The position numbers and the translations under genes are program-made. From Verrucomicrobiales bacterium (GTDB taxonomy: Bacteria; Verrucomicrobiota; Verrucomicrobiia; Verrucomicrobiales; DEV007), in NCBI GenBank assembly GCA_024638765.1, contig JAHEJT010000004.1, forward strand, positions 174-64,173: a stretch of DNA of 64,000 nucleotides, read 5' to 3'. Below are positions 1 through 9,140 of the stretch, one piece after another; position 1 is the stretch's first letter; the number at the start of each line of letters is the position of its first letter. A model generated the notes under the pieces. That model was given only the letters and a program-made list of their open reading frames with translations. It was not told where the DNA came from and did no database searches.

Positions 1-1
1 C

Positions 2-2569
2 CACCGCCGCAATGCGTCCGATGAGAGCCGGCCCTCTTCCGCCGGGCTCAAGTTCGAAAAATTCGCGCCTGACCGTCTCATCGACATCCTCCATCTCAAA
101 CTGGATATCGTACCGGACTTTGAATCCCGTTCCATTCGCGGCGTCTCGACCCTTACATTCACCCCCATCTCCAAATCCCTGCGCCAACTTCGCGTGGACG
201 CCTTGGATCTCGATGTTTCCTCAGTGGAAGGCGATCTCCCCATCCGCGAATTCCAGGTCGCCGAGGATCACATTATGATCACTTTTGAAAAGCCGATCCC
301 GGCCGACGAAAAAACTTCTCTGACGATCCGTTACACCGCCGCCCCGGAAGAAGGCCTCTACTTCCGCACGCCGGAAATGGGATATCCTGAGAGCGACACT
401 CATCTATGGACCCAGGGGCAGCCCGAGGACCACCGCTACTGGTTTCCCAATTACGATTATCCTAATGAACGCTTTACCACCGAAATCATCTGCCACGTTC
501 CGGAAAGCATGACGGCCCTTTCCAATGGCAGACTCCTCTCGACCCAAGCAGATCAAAAAACCGGGCTCACTACTTATCACTGGCTCCAGGACAAACCGCA
601 CGTCAATTATCTCGTCTCCCTGGTGGCGGGTCATTTCAAGAAGCTCGAAACCGTTTACCGGGACCTGCCGCTGGCCTTCTATGCATGTCCCTCAGATTTT
701 CCCGAGGCAAAAAATTCCTTCCGCGATACCGCGAAGATTCTTGAATTCTTCGAAAATGAAATTGGTGTGGAATACCCCTGGGACAAGTACTTCAACGTCT
801 GCGTCCAGGATTTCGTTGCCGGGGGAATGGAGAACACCAGCATGACTACCCTCACCACCCGCACGCTTTTCCACGAAGATTCCGAAAACATTCGCAGTTC
901 ACACCGCCTCGACGCCCACGAGGTCGCGCACCAGTGGTTCGGTGATCTTGTCACCTGCAAGGACTGGAGCCACATCTGGTTGAATGAAGGCTTCGCCACC
1001 TATTACCAGGTCCTTTACGAAGGCCATAAGTTTGGAGCTGATGCGCTGCGCTATGCCATGTTCCAAAACGCCAACCAGGTGTTGGAGAAAAAAGACGATA
1101 AACCGATGGTTTACCGCGGATACGAAGATCCCTGGGATCAGTTCGATTACCGCGCCTATCCCAAGGGCGCCTGGGTCCTGCATATGCTGCGCTCTCAATT
1201 GGGAGAAACTCTCTTTCGCCGCTGCATTCGCACCTATCTGCAGCGCAATCGCAATGGAAACGTCGTCACCGAAGATCTCAACCGCGTCATTGAGGAACTT
1301 TCCGGGAGATCCTTTGACCGCTTCTTCAATCAGTGGGTCTATCACGGCGGCCAACCGGATTTGCTGATCAAGTACAGCTGGGACTCGATCGCCAAACAGG
1401 GTAAGATCGAGGTCAAGCAGCGCCAGAAGGTGAGCGATCGAGTCCTGCTATTTCATTTCCCACTTCCGGTGCGTTTCATCACCGCGGAGGGCGAAGCCCA
1501 CGATTTCACGCTCGATGTGGACGAAGCCGAGGAAGAATTTTTCTGCAAACTTCCCGGACCTCCCGAAATCGTGCGGATCGATCCCGATTACACTTTGCTT
1601 GCGAAAATCGAATTCAAGCCCCCAAAACCGCTGCTCAACGCCCAGATCGCGAACAATAAAGACATGATGGGCCGCCTGCTGGGCGCAAAACTACTCTCCA
1701 AGCGCAAGGATATCGCCACCATCAAACAGCTGAGAGACCTTCTCAATAAAGATGCCTTTTACGGCGTGCGCATCGAAGCAGCCAAGGCGTTTGAGAAGAT
1801 TCATACGGAACAAGCCGGCAAGACGCTCATCGCTTCGCTTGAGCAGGACGACGCCCGCGTCCGCCAGCAGGTCGTCGAGTCGATCGGAAAATTTTACAAC
1901 CGGCCCGCGCGGGAAGCGCTGGAGGCGGTGGTCCGTAATGAAAAGAACCCGGACATCGTCACCAAGGCTATCGCGGCCCTGGGCAAGTTTCCGCAGACGG
2001 AAGTTTCCGCGAGTTTGTTGGCCACACTGGATCGCGATTCTTACCGTGGCCGGATTGGAGACGCCGCCATCGCCGCCATGCGCGCCCAGGATCACCCTTC
2101 TTATATCCCGCCTTTACTCAAGAAACTCGGCAAGGATGAGGCGGAGTTTACCAGTGAGGGGTTCGGCCAGGGGCTCGATGCCCTGGCTTATCTCGCCCGC
2201 AATCAGAAACAAGATGCCCGGGAGCCTATCCGGCGCTTTATCGCGGACAAAGTGAATCACCCCAAGGAAGAAATTCAGGTCCACGCCATCGACGCCTTGG
2301 GAACCCTGGAAGATCCCCGCTCCCTCGCCCTTCTCGAGACCTTTCCGAAGGAGCCCGCGGACCGCGCCGTGCCCGAGGCGGCCGCGCGCGCCATCGAAAA
2401 GCTCAACGGAAAGAAAACCCAGGCCAAGGAGGTCGGCGATCTGCGAAAGGAAGTCCTCGACCTGAAAGAATCCCTTCGCAAGCTCGAGAAAAGCGTGGAG
2501 ACGGTGGAGAAAAAAGTGTCCCCGAAAGCACCGGAGAAGAAGGAGGAGGGGGAGAAGAAAGAGGGATAG
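2..2569 (+). CDS. pepN: M1-family aminopeptidase N-like zinc metallopeptidase, 5'-partial (start lies left of the window), with C-terminal HEAT-like repeats and a Lys/Glu-rich tail
   Basis: The frame of ORF 194..2569 stays open back to nt 2, and the upstream residues (LHLKLDIVPDF..IRGVSTLTF) look like the N-terminal beta domain. GGMEN exopeptidase motif and HEVAHQWFGDLV ... WLNEGFA (HEXXH-X18-E). The C-terminal half has HEAT-like helices and a KE-rich coiled tail. Confidence 0.9.
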   Translation, partial: HRRNASDESRPSSAGLKFEKFAPDRLIDILHLKLDIVPDFESRSIRGVSTLTFTPISKSLRQLRVDALDLDVSSVEGDLPIREFQVAEDHIMITFEKPIPADEKTSLTIRYTAAPEEGLYFRTPEMGYPESDTHLWTQGQPEDHRYWFPNYDYPNERFTTEIICHVPESMTALSNGRLLSTQADQKTGLTTYHWLQDKPHVNYLVSLVAGHFKKLETVYRDLPLAFYACPSDFPEAKNSFRDTAKILEFFENEIGVEYPWDKYFNVCVQDFVAGGMENTSMTTLTTRTLFHEDSENIRSSHRLDAHEVAHQWFGDLVTCKDWSHIWLNEGFATYYQVLYEGHKFGADALRYAMFQNANQVLEKKDDKPMVYRGYEDPWDQFDYRAYPKGAWVLHMLRSQLGETLFRRCIRTYLQRNRNGNVVTEDLNRVIEELSGRSFDRFFNQWVYHGGQPDLLIKYSWDSIAKQGKIEVKQRQKVSDRVLLFHFPLPVRFITAEGEAHDFTLDVDEAEEEFFCKLPGPPEIVRIDPDYTLLAKIEFKPPKPLLNAQIANNKDMMGRLLGAKLLSKRKDIATIKQLRDLLNKDAFYGVRIEAAKAFEKIHTEQAGKTLIASLEQDDARVRQQVVESIGKFYNRPAREALEAVVRNEKNPDIVTKAIAALGKFPQTEVSASLLATLDRDSYRGRIGDAAIAAMRAQDHPSYIPPLLKKLGKDEAEFTSEGFGQGLDALAYLARNQKQDAREPIRRFIADKVNHPKEEIQVHAIDALGTLEDPRSLALLETFPKEPADRAVPEAAARAIEKLNGKKTQAKEVGDLRKEVLDLKESLRKLEKSVETVEKKVSPKAPEKKEEGEKKEG

Positions 2570-2601
2570 TGGTTAGTAAATAGTAAGTAGTGAATAGCAC
2601 G
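2567..2601 (+). repeat. Five tandem heptamers (TAGTGGT TAGTAAA TAGTAAG TAGTGAA TAGCACG) starting exactly on the stop codon of the aminopeptidase gene
   Basis: Read directly. The period is 7, so TAG falls in all three frames in turn. Confidence 0.8.
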
Positions 2602-2643
2602 AGGCTCTCGCCACCTACTGGCACTCCTACTCCCCTCAAACCA

Positions 2644-2841
2644 CGACCCTTACCCCCGGGCTGTCATCCCGAGAGAAGTCGAGGGATCCCACGCAATTAA
2701 GAAAAAACTACTCTTGCCGGGTCCATCATTCAAGTCTGAAGCGGGCGTCCGTGCCGCGTCGATCGCACGGAGCGTGCGCCAATCTCCAGGCAAATTGAGA
2801 GATCCCTCGACTCCGCTCGGGATGACACGGGTAAGAGTCGG
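2644..2841. repeat. Imperfect inverted-repeat element (MITE/REP-like) with arms at about 2644..2688 and 2801..2841 around a 112-bp spacer
   Basis: Core arms 2663..2688 GTCATCCCGAGAGAAGTCGAGGGATC and 2801..2826 GATCCCTCGACTCCGCTCGGGATGAC are reverse complements with 2 mismatches. The outer flanks CGACCCTTACCC / GGGTAAGAGTCG also pair. No ORF lies inside. Confidence 0.7.
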
Positions 2842-2862
2842 GTTCCCGTCTCCTGCCGATAA

Positions 2863-2890
2863 ACCATTAACTATTAACTATGAACCATTA
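2863..2890 (-). repeat. Four tandem heptamers on the minus strand (TAATGGT TCATAGT TAATAGT TAATGGT) starting exactly on the stop codon of the GH-like gene
   Basis: Read directly. This is the inverted counterpart of the 2567..2601 array, from the same TA[AG]T[AG][AG]N family. Confidence 0.8.
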
Positions 2891-4552
2891 ACGGCTGCGA
2901 AGCAGCCCCGCTCCCGCCCGGAAGGTGTAGAGATCCGCATCCCGCAGGAAGATCTCCAGCCGAATGACCTCACCCTTCAGTGAATCGAGCTCCTTTCCTC
3001 TCCAGTTTACGGAATGCGATACGCTGTCACCGGAAAAAGGGACACAGTCCGGATAGTCAAATCCCTCGATCGGCTTCCTCCTCGCGTCGCTCACCCGCAC
3101 TTTCAACTCGCCTTCCGAGGCGTCCGCATTCAACACCAGGTCGCCGCCGGGCCAGACGATGGTCCGCGTCGCGACCACCCCGCCCCCACGCGGTCCCCGC
3201 AATGAAATAATCCCTTCCTTGCGCACCGTGGCCAGACCCACCGCCCCATTCCGGTCCGGCGTGCCGTGTGGTCCGTCCCAGCCCGTGTAATAGAGATACC
3301 ACTTGTCGCCCACCTCCACCCACGAAGGGCTCCCGAAGATCATCTCGTCATCCCAGGATCCCTCCGGGCCGTATTCGATCAGCTTGGGCCGGCCTGGCAA
3401 GCGGTCGAACTGAATCCCATCCCGGCTCCAGGCCAGTTCCGTGTAGATGAAATCATTCATCCGGAACGGCTCCAGAAATCCCCAGTAAATCCCCGAGTAA
3501 TACCGCGTCGGCATTCCGTAAAAGAAATTGAAATTCGTTTCGTTGTCCGCCTCATCCGGAATCAGGATCGTTTGAGGCTCACTATCCTCCATCCAATCCG
3601 TCCACAGCGTCCTGCTGTGCATGCGGGCGATCCGCCGGGACGCGCCCGTGTCGAGCATATCCTCACCCCAGGCCCGGTAAATGTGCTTGGCCCGGCAGTA
3701 GAGGACATACTCCGCGCGCGTCGGATCCCAGCACACGGTGTTGGGATGATCGCTGTGCAGCTGCGCAATGCGAGTGTCGCTCGCCACGTCCCAATGGATG
3801 CCATCCCTGGATCCAATCACGCGGATCCCGTTGAGATCCCCGATGCCTCGACCCTTGGCGCGATACATCATCAGGTAACGCCAGCCGCGGCGGTCTTTTT
3901 CGGGGACCTCCAGAAGACATGGCGCACATGACTCCATCTCCGGCCGGTCGAGTCGGCCTATGAGGACATTGTTGGGCGTGCCGCGGTGCCAGGGAAAAAG
4001 GTTCAGATCCGGTTTCTCCCAGTGCACACCGTCCTTGGACTCCGCGTATGCGATGCGCGTCTGGAATTTGCGGCCTTTCATCTTGGCATCCGGCAGGACT
4101 TCCTGGTTCTCATCCGCAATACCCTCGCCACTGACTGGATAGTTCGCCTGGTAATACATGCGGAAGGGACCTGCATCCCCGTCGCGCACCACCCAGAGAT
4201 AACTGGGCTTGTCCCCGGTCATCACCGGGTTAGCTGGATGCTTTTCCGGCTGGTGGAAGATCCTTCGCACCGCTTCCCGCTTGTATTTGATCGCCCAATG
4301 ATTATCGACAATGTACCGGTCGAACACGAACTGAGGTTCCAACCCGATTGCGACCGGTTCCTCGGGAATCCCGGCGCCGTGGAGACTGCCGATCCCGAGC
4401 AGGATCAAGAGGCCGATGCAAAGGAATTTGCTGAAAGTTCCGTGTCCAAGACACGTCCTCAGTCCTCGGCCTCGGAAGTTTTGGCAACTTCCGCTACAGG
4501 CCTCAAATCGCCCGTAGCTGGTAATCTCTGCTTCGCGTCCATTCGCGTCCAT
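2888..4552 (-). CDS. Secreted beta-propeller glycoside-hydrolase-like protein (GH32/43/68/130-type fold is a guess) with a C-terminal beta-sandwich
   Basis: ORF 2888..4600. Signal-like segment FSKFLCIGLLILLGIGSLHGAG. Recurrent propeller-blade-like motifs: AESKDGVHWEKP, GSRDGIHWD, AWSRDGIQFDR, WYLYYTGWDG. The start is uncertain: ATG 4600 overlaps the upstream gene by 35 nt, and ATG 4552 lies inside a 10-bp tandem repeat. Confidence 0.55.
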   Translation of the reverse strand: MDANGREAEITSYGRFEACSGSCQNFRGRGLRTCLGHGTFSKFLCIGLLILLGIGSLHGAGIPEEPVAIGLEPQFVFDRYIVDNHWAIKYKREAVRRIFHQPEKHPANPVMTGDKPSYLWVVRDGDAGPFRMYYQANYPVSGEGIADENQEVLPDAKMKGRKFQTRIAYAESKDGVHWEKPDLNLFPWHRGTPNNVLIGRLDRPEMESCAPCLLEVPEKDRRGWRYLMMYRAKGRGIGDLNGIRVIGSRDGIHWDVASDTRIAQLHSDHPNTVCWDPTRAEYVLYCRAKHIYRAWGEDMLDTGASRRIARMHSRTLWTDWMEDSEPQTILIPDEADNETNFNFFYGMPTRYYSGIYWGFLEPFRMNDFIYTELAWSRDGIQFDRLPGRPKLIEYGPEGSWDDEMIFGSPSWVEVGDKWYLYYTGWDGPHGTPDRNGAVGLATVRKEGIISLRGPRGGGVVATRTIVWPGGDLVLNADASEGELKVRVSDARRKPIEGFDYPDCVPFSGDSVSHSVNWRGKELDSLKGEVIRLEIFLRDADLYTFRAGAGLLRSR

Positions 4553-4553
4553 T
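4532..4553. repeat. Perfect 10-bp tandem repeat TTCGCGTCCA x2.2 (ATTCGCG-N3 phasing) at the 5' end of the GH-like gene
   Basis: Read directly. Same ATTCGYG core and 10-bp period as the array at 55045..55081. Confidence 0.8.
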
Positions 4554-4565
4554 GGCGGTTCTCTT

Positions 4566-7500
4566 TCACTCCAAGCTGTCCAAGAACGCCACCAGGTCAA
4601 TCAACTCCTCCGGCGTCATCGTCTGATCCAGCCCCATCGGCATCAATGACATCCGGCCGGGACGGATCTCTTTAATCGAATCGCGCGGCACCGGCTTCTC
4701 TTCCGCAGCGGCATCGACCAGAAACAGGGTATCGGCAGTCTCGCGCCGAATGATCCCGAAGTGCGTTTGCCCGTCATCTGCGATGATTTCCCAGGGCTCG
4801 AAGTCCCGGGACAAGGTGGTGCTCGGGTAGAGTATCGACTCCAGGAGATCGCGCTTCGTCCGGATCCTGCCGACGCGATTGAGATCCGGGCCCACTTCAC
4901 GGCCCACGTCTCCGATCTTGTGGCAGGTCATGCAGGCGCCCTTCCCCGCGGCAAAAACCTCCTTGCCGCGCGCGGCACTGCCCCTGACGAGCCTGGGCGC
5001 CAACTCCGCGAGCCGCGCTTCCCGGTTCTCGAATTCTTTCTCCAAACGCTCCACCAGCGGTTTGGCCCGGTCGTAAACTTCCGGAGGAAACCGTGTCAAC
5101 GTGCGGCGGAACTCACTGGGCGAGAGTGCGGCGAGCACCTCGGATTCCTCCAACGCCTGCACCATGGCTATTCCCAGTTCCGCGTCCCGCATGCGATCGA
5201 AAACATTGATCAAGAGAGGAAGTTCCATGGGACCCGCGGTCTTCAACAACGGCGCCACCTGCATCCGTTGTTTCATCGTCAATCGCGCACCCGAAAGCAT
5301 GGCGGCAGCCTCCAACCGCTGGGATCCCGCCGCGCCGGGCGCAAGCAATCCCCGGAGCAAATCCAACGCCGCCTGGCTGATGGCCCCGGACCCTTTGGAC
5401 ACCGCAGCCAGGGCATCGATCCGGACCAGGGAAGGCCGCGAATCATCGTCCGCGATGGTACGCAACTGCTCATCGAAACGATCGGTATCGACTTTTTCCA
5501 GGGCGGCGAGCGCACCCCGGAGTAAAGTTTCTTCCTCCGAATCCAGGGCCGATGCGATCCCCCGTTCCCATTGCTGAAACAGAGGGATTTTCTTCGGGCT
5601 CCCCGCGATTATTTCGAAGCCAGTGCCCCTCTTCTTCTGACCCGCGGCACCGACGAATCGCGCCACCAGCGCCTGCATAGCTTTATGTTCCAGATGCAGG
5701 GAAGCCAATTCGGGGAGAATGACCCGTCGGCGCTCGGAGAGCCCGCCCTCGTCCAGCCACCCTTGAAATTCTGCGGCAATCCCGCCGGCCCAATCCGGGC
5801 GTCGCTTGGACACCTCCACTGCCGCGGCGGAGAGCTCGGCGGAAGCCGAGTCAAAGAAAGGCAAGACGTCACCCGCGGCCAACTTGGAAGATTCCATGCC
5901 GTCCAACGCCCAGAGCACACGCCGCTGCACATCCGCGGAGGCGCTTCGCAGTCCGCGCGCGGTGCCTTCGTAATCGTCGATCTCGATCAACGCGTAAATA
6001 GCGGCATGATCCCGGACGCGGTCGTAAGACCGCTCGGCATACTGGAGCAACGCGTCCACTGCCGCGCGATCTCCGATCCGCCCCAGCGCCCGCGCCGCCG
6101 CCATCTGCACCGCGGGCGATTCATCCTCGAGCAGCAGTTTTATCAGCGGCGCGACGGCTTCCCGGTCCCGTGTCTTCCAAATGCCGTTGCACGCCGTGTG
6201 CCGGAGGGAAGGGTGCGCATCTCCCAGCGCCCGCCGGATCACGGCGTTGGCCGCATCCGATCCGATCCGCGTCGCAGCCCAGACCGCGTTGCGCCGCGCC
6301 CCGACGGATTGCGAGCCGAGCGCTTTATTTAGTGCCGGGACACTGGCGTCTCCCCGCGCCGCCAGCTCCAGAATAGCACGGTCCCGCACCGCGAAGCGCG
6401 CGTCATCCAGCAGGCCGGCGAGCTCTTCGAAAGCAGCCTGTCCCCAATCAATCTGCAATCCGCGCGGGTCGTCCTTGAAATCCACAAGTCCGGCGTTGCG
6501 CACCCGGTAAATCGCGCCGGGGATTTCCGGCTTCGCGATCTGGGAAGTGGGACAACCGTTGCGAAACCATCCGCCGGTGTCGATCACCAGCAGGGTGCCG
6601 TCGGCGTCCTCGAGGACATCGGTCAAATGGGAGTCTGGATCGTCGATCACCAGGAAATCCTCGGTGCGCGCGTGCGAGAATGTCCCGCCTGCCGCTTCCA
6701 CGGTGGTCCGGGTGATTTTGTGAGTGTTGAAATGGGAGGTGAAAATCAGCCATTGATCATTAAACAAGGCGGCGCGCTTGAATCCGGGCACCGCTCCGTC
6801 GGTGATGGAATGCCGGTACCGGGTCATCCCGGAAATCGCGACATGCCCGAAGTTATAAAACTCCGGCAGAAGATCGCCGGTGCGCGTAAACTCCTCCAAG
6901 ACGGCTTCCTGATCGTAGCGCGGGTAAGCCCCGCCGTATTGCCAGTGGACCAGGGTGTCGCCGCGCGGTCGCCCGTACATGAGATTGACGCTCCCGACGA
7001 TCTCGCCCTCGGGCGTGAAATCGATTTCCACGGGATTATCCATGCCGCCCCCGGCGTAGATCTGGACGTCGCCCCCGTCGGGCGCGCACGACCATATGCG
7101 CGCGCCTTTCCCTTTGTGAATGAGATTGCCATCACGGTCGTGGACATCGAGGTCCTTGCGGCCGTGCACCCAGAAAATCCGTCCGTTCGGATGGAGAAAC
7201 GGGCCGTGAAGGTCCGCGGCGTTTCCCGTGTACCCGAAGCCCGTAACAATTTCCTGGCGCACATCCGCGACGCCGTCGTCATCGGTATCCTCCAGGCGCC
7301 AAATGGACGGCGCCGCAGTCACCCAGAGCGCCCCGTCATGCCAGAGCGCCCCCGAAGGAAAGGTCAGCTTGTCGGCGAAAATCTTGGACTTGTCGAAGAG
7401 ACCGTCGCCATTGGTGTCCTCCAGCAGGCGAATGAAATTCGGTTTCTCTGCATCCAGTTCCTCCGCTTTGCGATTCACGCCCGCGGCCTCCGCCACGAAG

Positions 7501-9140
7501 AGGCGGCCGCGATCGTCGAAATTAGCCATCATGGGATGACGCGTCAGCGGCGGCGCGGCCGCCACCTCCGCCACCAATCCCTCCGGCAACGTCATGGGCG
7601 GGACGTCCACTTCCGGATCCATGACCTGGGGTATCGGCCCGCGGCCTTCCTTGGCGCGATCGATGTGGCGTTGCTTCGACTCCTCGTCAAACCAGAAAAG
7701 CCGCGTCTGCGATCCGCCGCCGTTCCAGAGATCGTATTTCGCCAAGGCATGCTCCGCGAAAAAGGCGTCGACCTTTTCCTTCAACGCAGCCTGCCGGTCC
7801 GCCAACGCTTCGTCGCCCGCCAGGTTCCGCCTTTCTCCCGGATCCTCCACGAGATGATACAGCTCCTCGTGCTCCTCACCGCGTCGTTCGACGTATTTCC
7901 AGTCCTCGGTCCGCACGCAGCGCAGCCCCTCGTATTCGTAATAGACCTCGTCCTCCCAATCCGGCACCGCCTCTCCCTGCAGCACCGCAGAAAAATCGCG
8001 CCCCGGCAGTTTCGGCTCGGTCGGCTTTCGCGCCTCCAGTCCCAAATAGCCGAGCACCGAAGGCAAAAAATCGTAATTGCTCACCATGATGTCGCTCACC
8101 CTCCCGCCGGGAATGCCGGGCGCGGATTGTGCACGGTCGGCGCGATGCCGGAAAATCATGGGGATATGCATGGAGAACTCGCGCGCGTTGACCGGGCGCG
8201 TGTGATCACCCATGCCCCAGAGCCCGTGCTGACCCCCCGCCCAGCCCTGGTCCGCCGCGAAAATCACCAGGGTGTCCCCGGCGATACCGCAGTCCTCCAG
8301 TTTCTGCATGACCGCGCCGACCCCGTCATCGACCGCGCTCAACTCCTCGCCGTAGCGGCGCATGCTGGTGAGATTGCCGAAGTACTCCCGGTTGGACTGT
8401 TGCCAGGGGTGGATGGCCCCGCGCGGAAATGAGTGCATCGGTTTATCCGCGTAATAAGCCGCGTGCCGGTTGCCGGAGGACTCCAGCTGGTAGCGGCTCA
8501 ACCCGTAAGGACCGTTGAACGCAAGATAGAGAAAAAAGGGGCCGTCCTTATTTGAATCAATAAATTTGCACGCGTGCTCGGTCCACAGATCCGTCAGGTA
8601 AGTCGGCTCCACTCGGGTCTCACCATTTTCGATGACGCGCGCGCCGTGAAAGGTGCTCGTCCCGCCGTGCGGCATCGTGATCCAGTAATCGTCGAGTCCT
8701 TCCTGGGGTGATTCGTTGGCGCCCAGGTGCCACTTTCCCACCAGCCCGCACTTGTATCCCTCGGCCTTGAGAATTTCCGGGAGCGAGGTGAACTCTTCGA
8801 GGCTATTGCGAGCTTCCGGTCCCGTCTGCAGCCTGCCGCCCGAAAGAAAGTTATGCACCCCGTGCTGTGACGGCATCAGCCCGGTGAGATAGGTCGCACG
8901 TGTCGGCGAACAGACGGCATTATTGCAGAAGGCGCGTGAGAAGCGCACGCCTTCCGCCGCCAGTTTGTCGATGTGGGGCGTCTTGATATCCGGATTCCCG
9001 TAACACCCCAGGGTCCAGGCCCCGTGGTTGTCGGTGAGGATAAAGACGACGTTGGTTTTGACGGCAGAAAAAGAATTAGAACCGCAGATGGCGCAGATGG
9101 CACAGATAATAGAGGGAAGATGTGGAGGTCTTTTTCTCAT
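4566..9140 (-). CDS. Giant fusion protein: Cys-type sulfatase + PVC 'membrane-bound dehydrogenase' beta-propeller + HEAT repeats + C-terminal c-type haem domain
   Basis: ORF 4566..9308 trimmed to ATG 9140 (signal peptide MRKRPPHLPSIICAICAICGSNSFSA). Sulfatase motifs VVFILTDNHG, CSPTRATYLTG and GKWHLG. The propeller begins near PLTRHPMMANFDDRGRLFVAEA. HEAT-like repeats follow (SPAVQMAAARALGRIGD etc.). CMTCH haem motif near the C-terminus. Confidence 0.85.
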   Translation of the reverse strand: MRKRPPHLPSIICAICAICGSNSFSAVKTNVVFILTDNHGAWTLGCYGNPDIKTPHIDKLAAEGVRFSRAFCNNAVCSPTRATYLTGLMPSQHGVHNFLSGGRLQTGPEARNSLEEFTSLPEILKAEGYKCGLVGKWHLGANESPQEGLDDYWITMPHGGTSTFHGARVIENGETRVEPTYLTDLWTEHACKFIDSNKDGPFFLYLAFNGPYGLSRYQLESSGNRHAAYYADKPMHSFPRGAIHPWQQSNREYFGNLTSMRRYGEELSAVDDGVGAVMQKLEDCGIAGDTLVIFAADQGWAGGQHGLWGMGDHTRPVNAREFSMHIPMIFRHRADRAQSAPGIPGGRVSDIMVSNYDFLPSVLGYLGLEARKPTEPKLPGRDFSAVLQGEAVPDWEDEVYYEYEGLRCVRTEDWKYVERRGEEHEELYHLVEDPGERRNLAGDEALADRQAALKEKVDAFFAEHALAKYDLWNGGGSQTRLFWFDEESKQRHIDRAKEGRGPIPQVMDPEVDVPPMTLPEGLVAEVAAAPPLTRHPMMANFDDRGRLFVAEAAGVNRKAEELDAEKPNFIRLLEDTNGDGLFDKSKIFADKLTFPSGALWHDGALWVTAAPSIWRLEDTDDDGVADVRQEIVTGFGYTGNAADLHGPFLHPNGRIFWVHGRKDLDVHDRDGNLIHKGKGARIWSCAPDGGDVQIYAGGGMDNPVEIDFTPEGEIVGSVNLMYGRPRGDTLVHWQYGGAYPRYDQEAVLEEFTRTGDLLPEFYNFGHVAISGMTRYRHSITDGAVPGFKRAALFNDQWLIFTSHFNTHKITRTTVEAAGGTFSHARTEDFLVIDDPDSHLTDVLEDADGTLLVIDTGGWFRNGCPTSQIAKPEIPGAIYRVRNAGLVDFKDDPRGLQIDWGQAAFEELAGLLDDARFAVRDRAILELAARGDASVPALNKALGSQSVGARRNAVWAATRIGSDAANAVIRRALGDAHPSLRHTACNGIWKTRDREAVAPLIKLLLEDESPAVQMAAARALGRIGDRAAVDALLQYAERSYDRVRDHAAIYALIEIDDYEGTARGLRSASADVQRRVLWALDGMESSKLAAGDVLPFFDSASAELSAAAVEVSKRRPDWAGGIAAEFQGWLDEGGLSERRRVILPELASLHLEHKAMQALVARFVGAAGQKKRGTGFEIIAGSPKKIPLFQQWERGIASALDSEEETLLRGALAALEKVDTDRFDEQLRTIADDDSRPSLVRIDALAAVSKGSGAISQAALDLLRGLLAPGAAGSQRLEAAAMLSGARLTMKQRMQVAPLLKTAGPMELPLLINVFDRMRDAELGIAMVQALEESEVLAALSPSEFRRTLTRFPPEVYDRAKPLVERLEKEFENREARLAELAPRLVRGSAARGKEVFAAGKGACMTCHKIGDVGREVGPDLNRVGRIRTKRDLLESILYPSTTLSRDFEPWEIIADDGQTHFGIIRRETADTLFLVDAAAEEKPVPRDSIKEIRPGRMSLMPMGLDQTMTPEELIDLVAFLDSLE

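Noticed and set aside
6627-8432. 601-aa plus-strand ORF antisense to the sulfatase-propeller giant
   Set aside because: It is a shadow ORF typical of GC-rich DNA. Its composition is Arg/Pro/Gly/Ala-rich low complexity with no motifs, and it is fully covered by a strongly supported gene on the other strand. The same reasoning rejects 10564..11358(-), 13863..14705(-), 14742..15500(-), 18030..19364(+), 44809..45876(-), 48234..49244(+), 55237..56181(+), 57422..58609(+) and 61682..63124(-).
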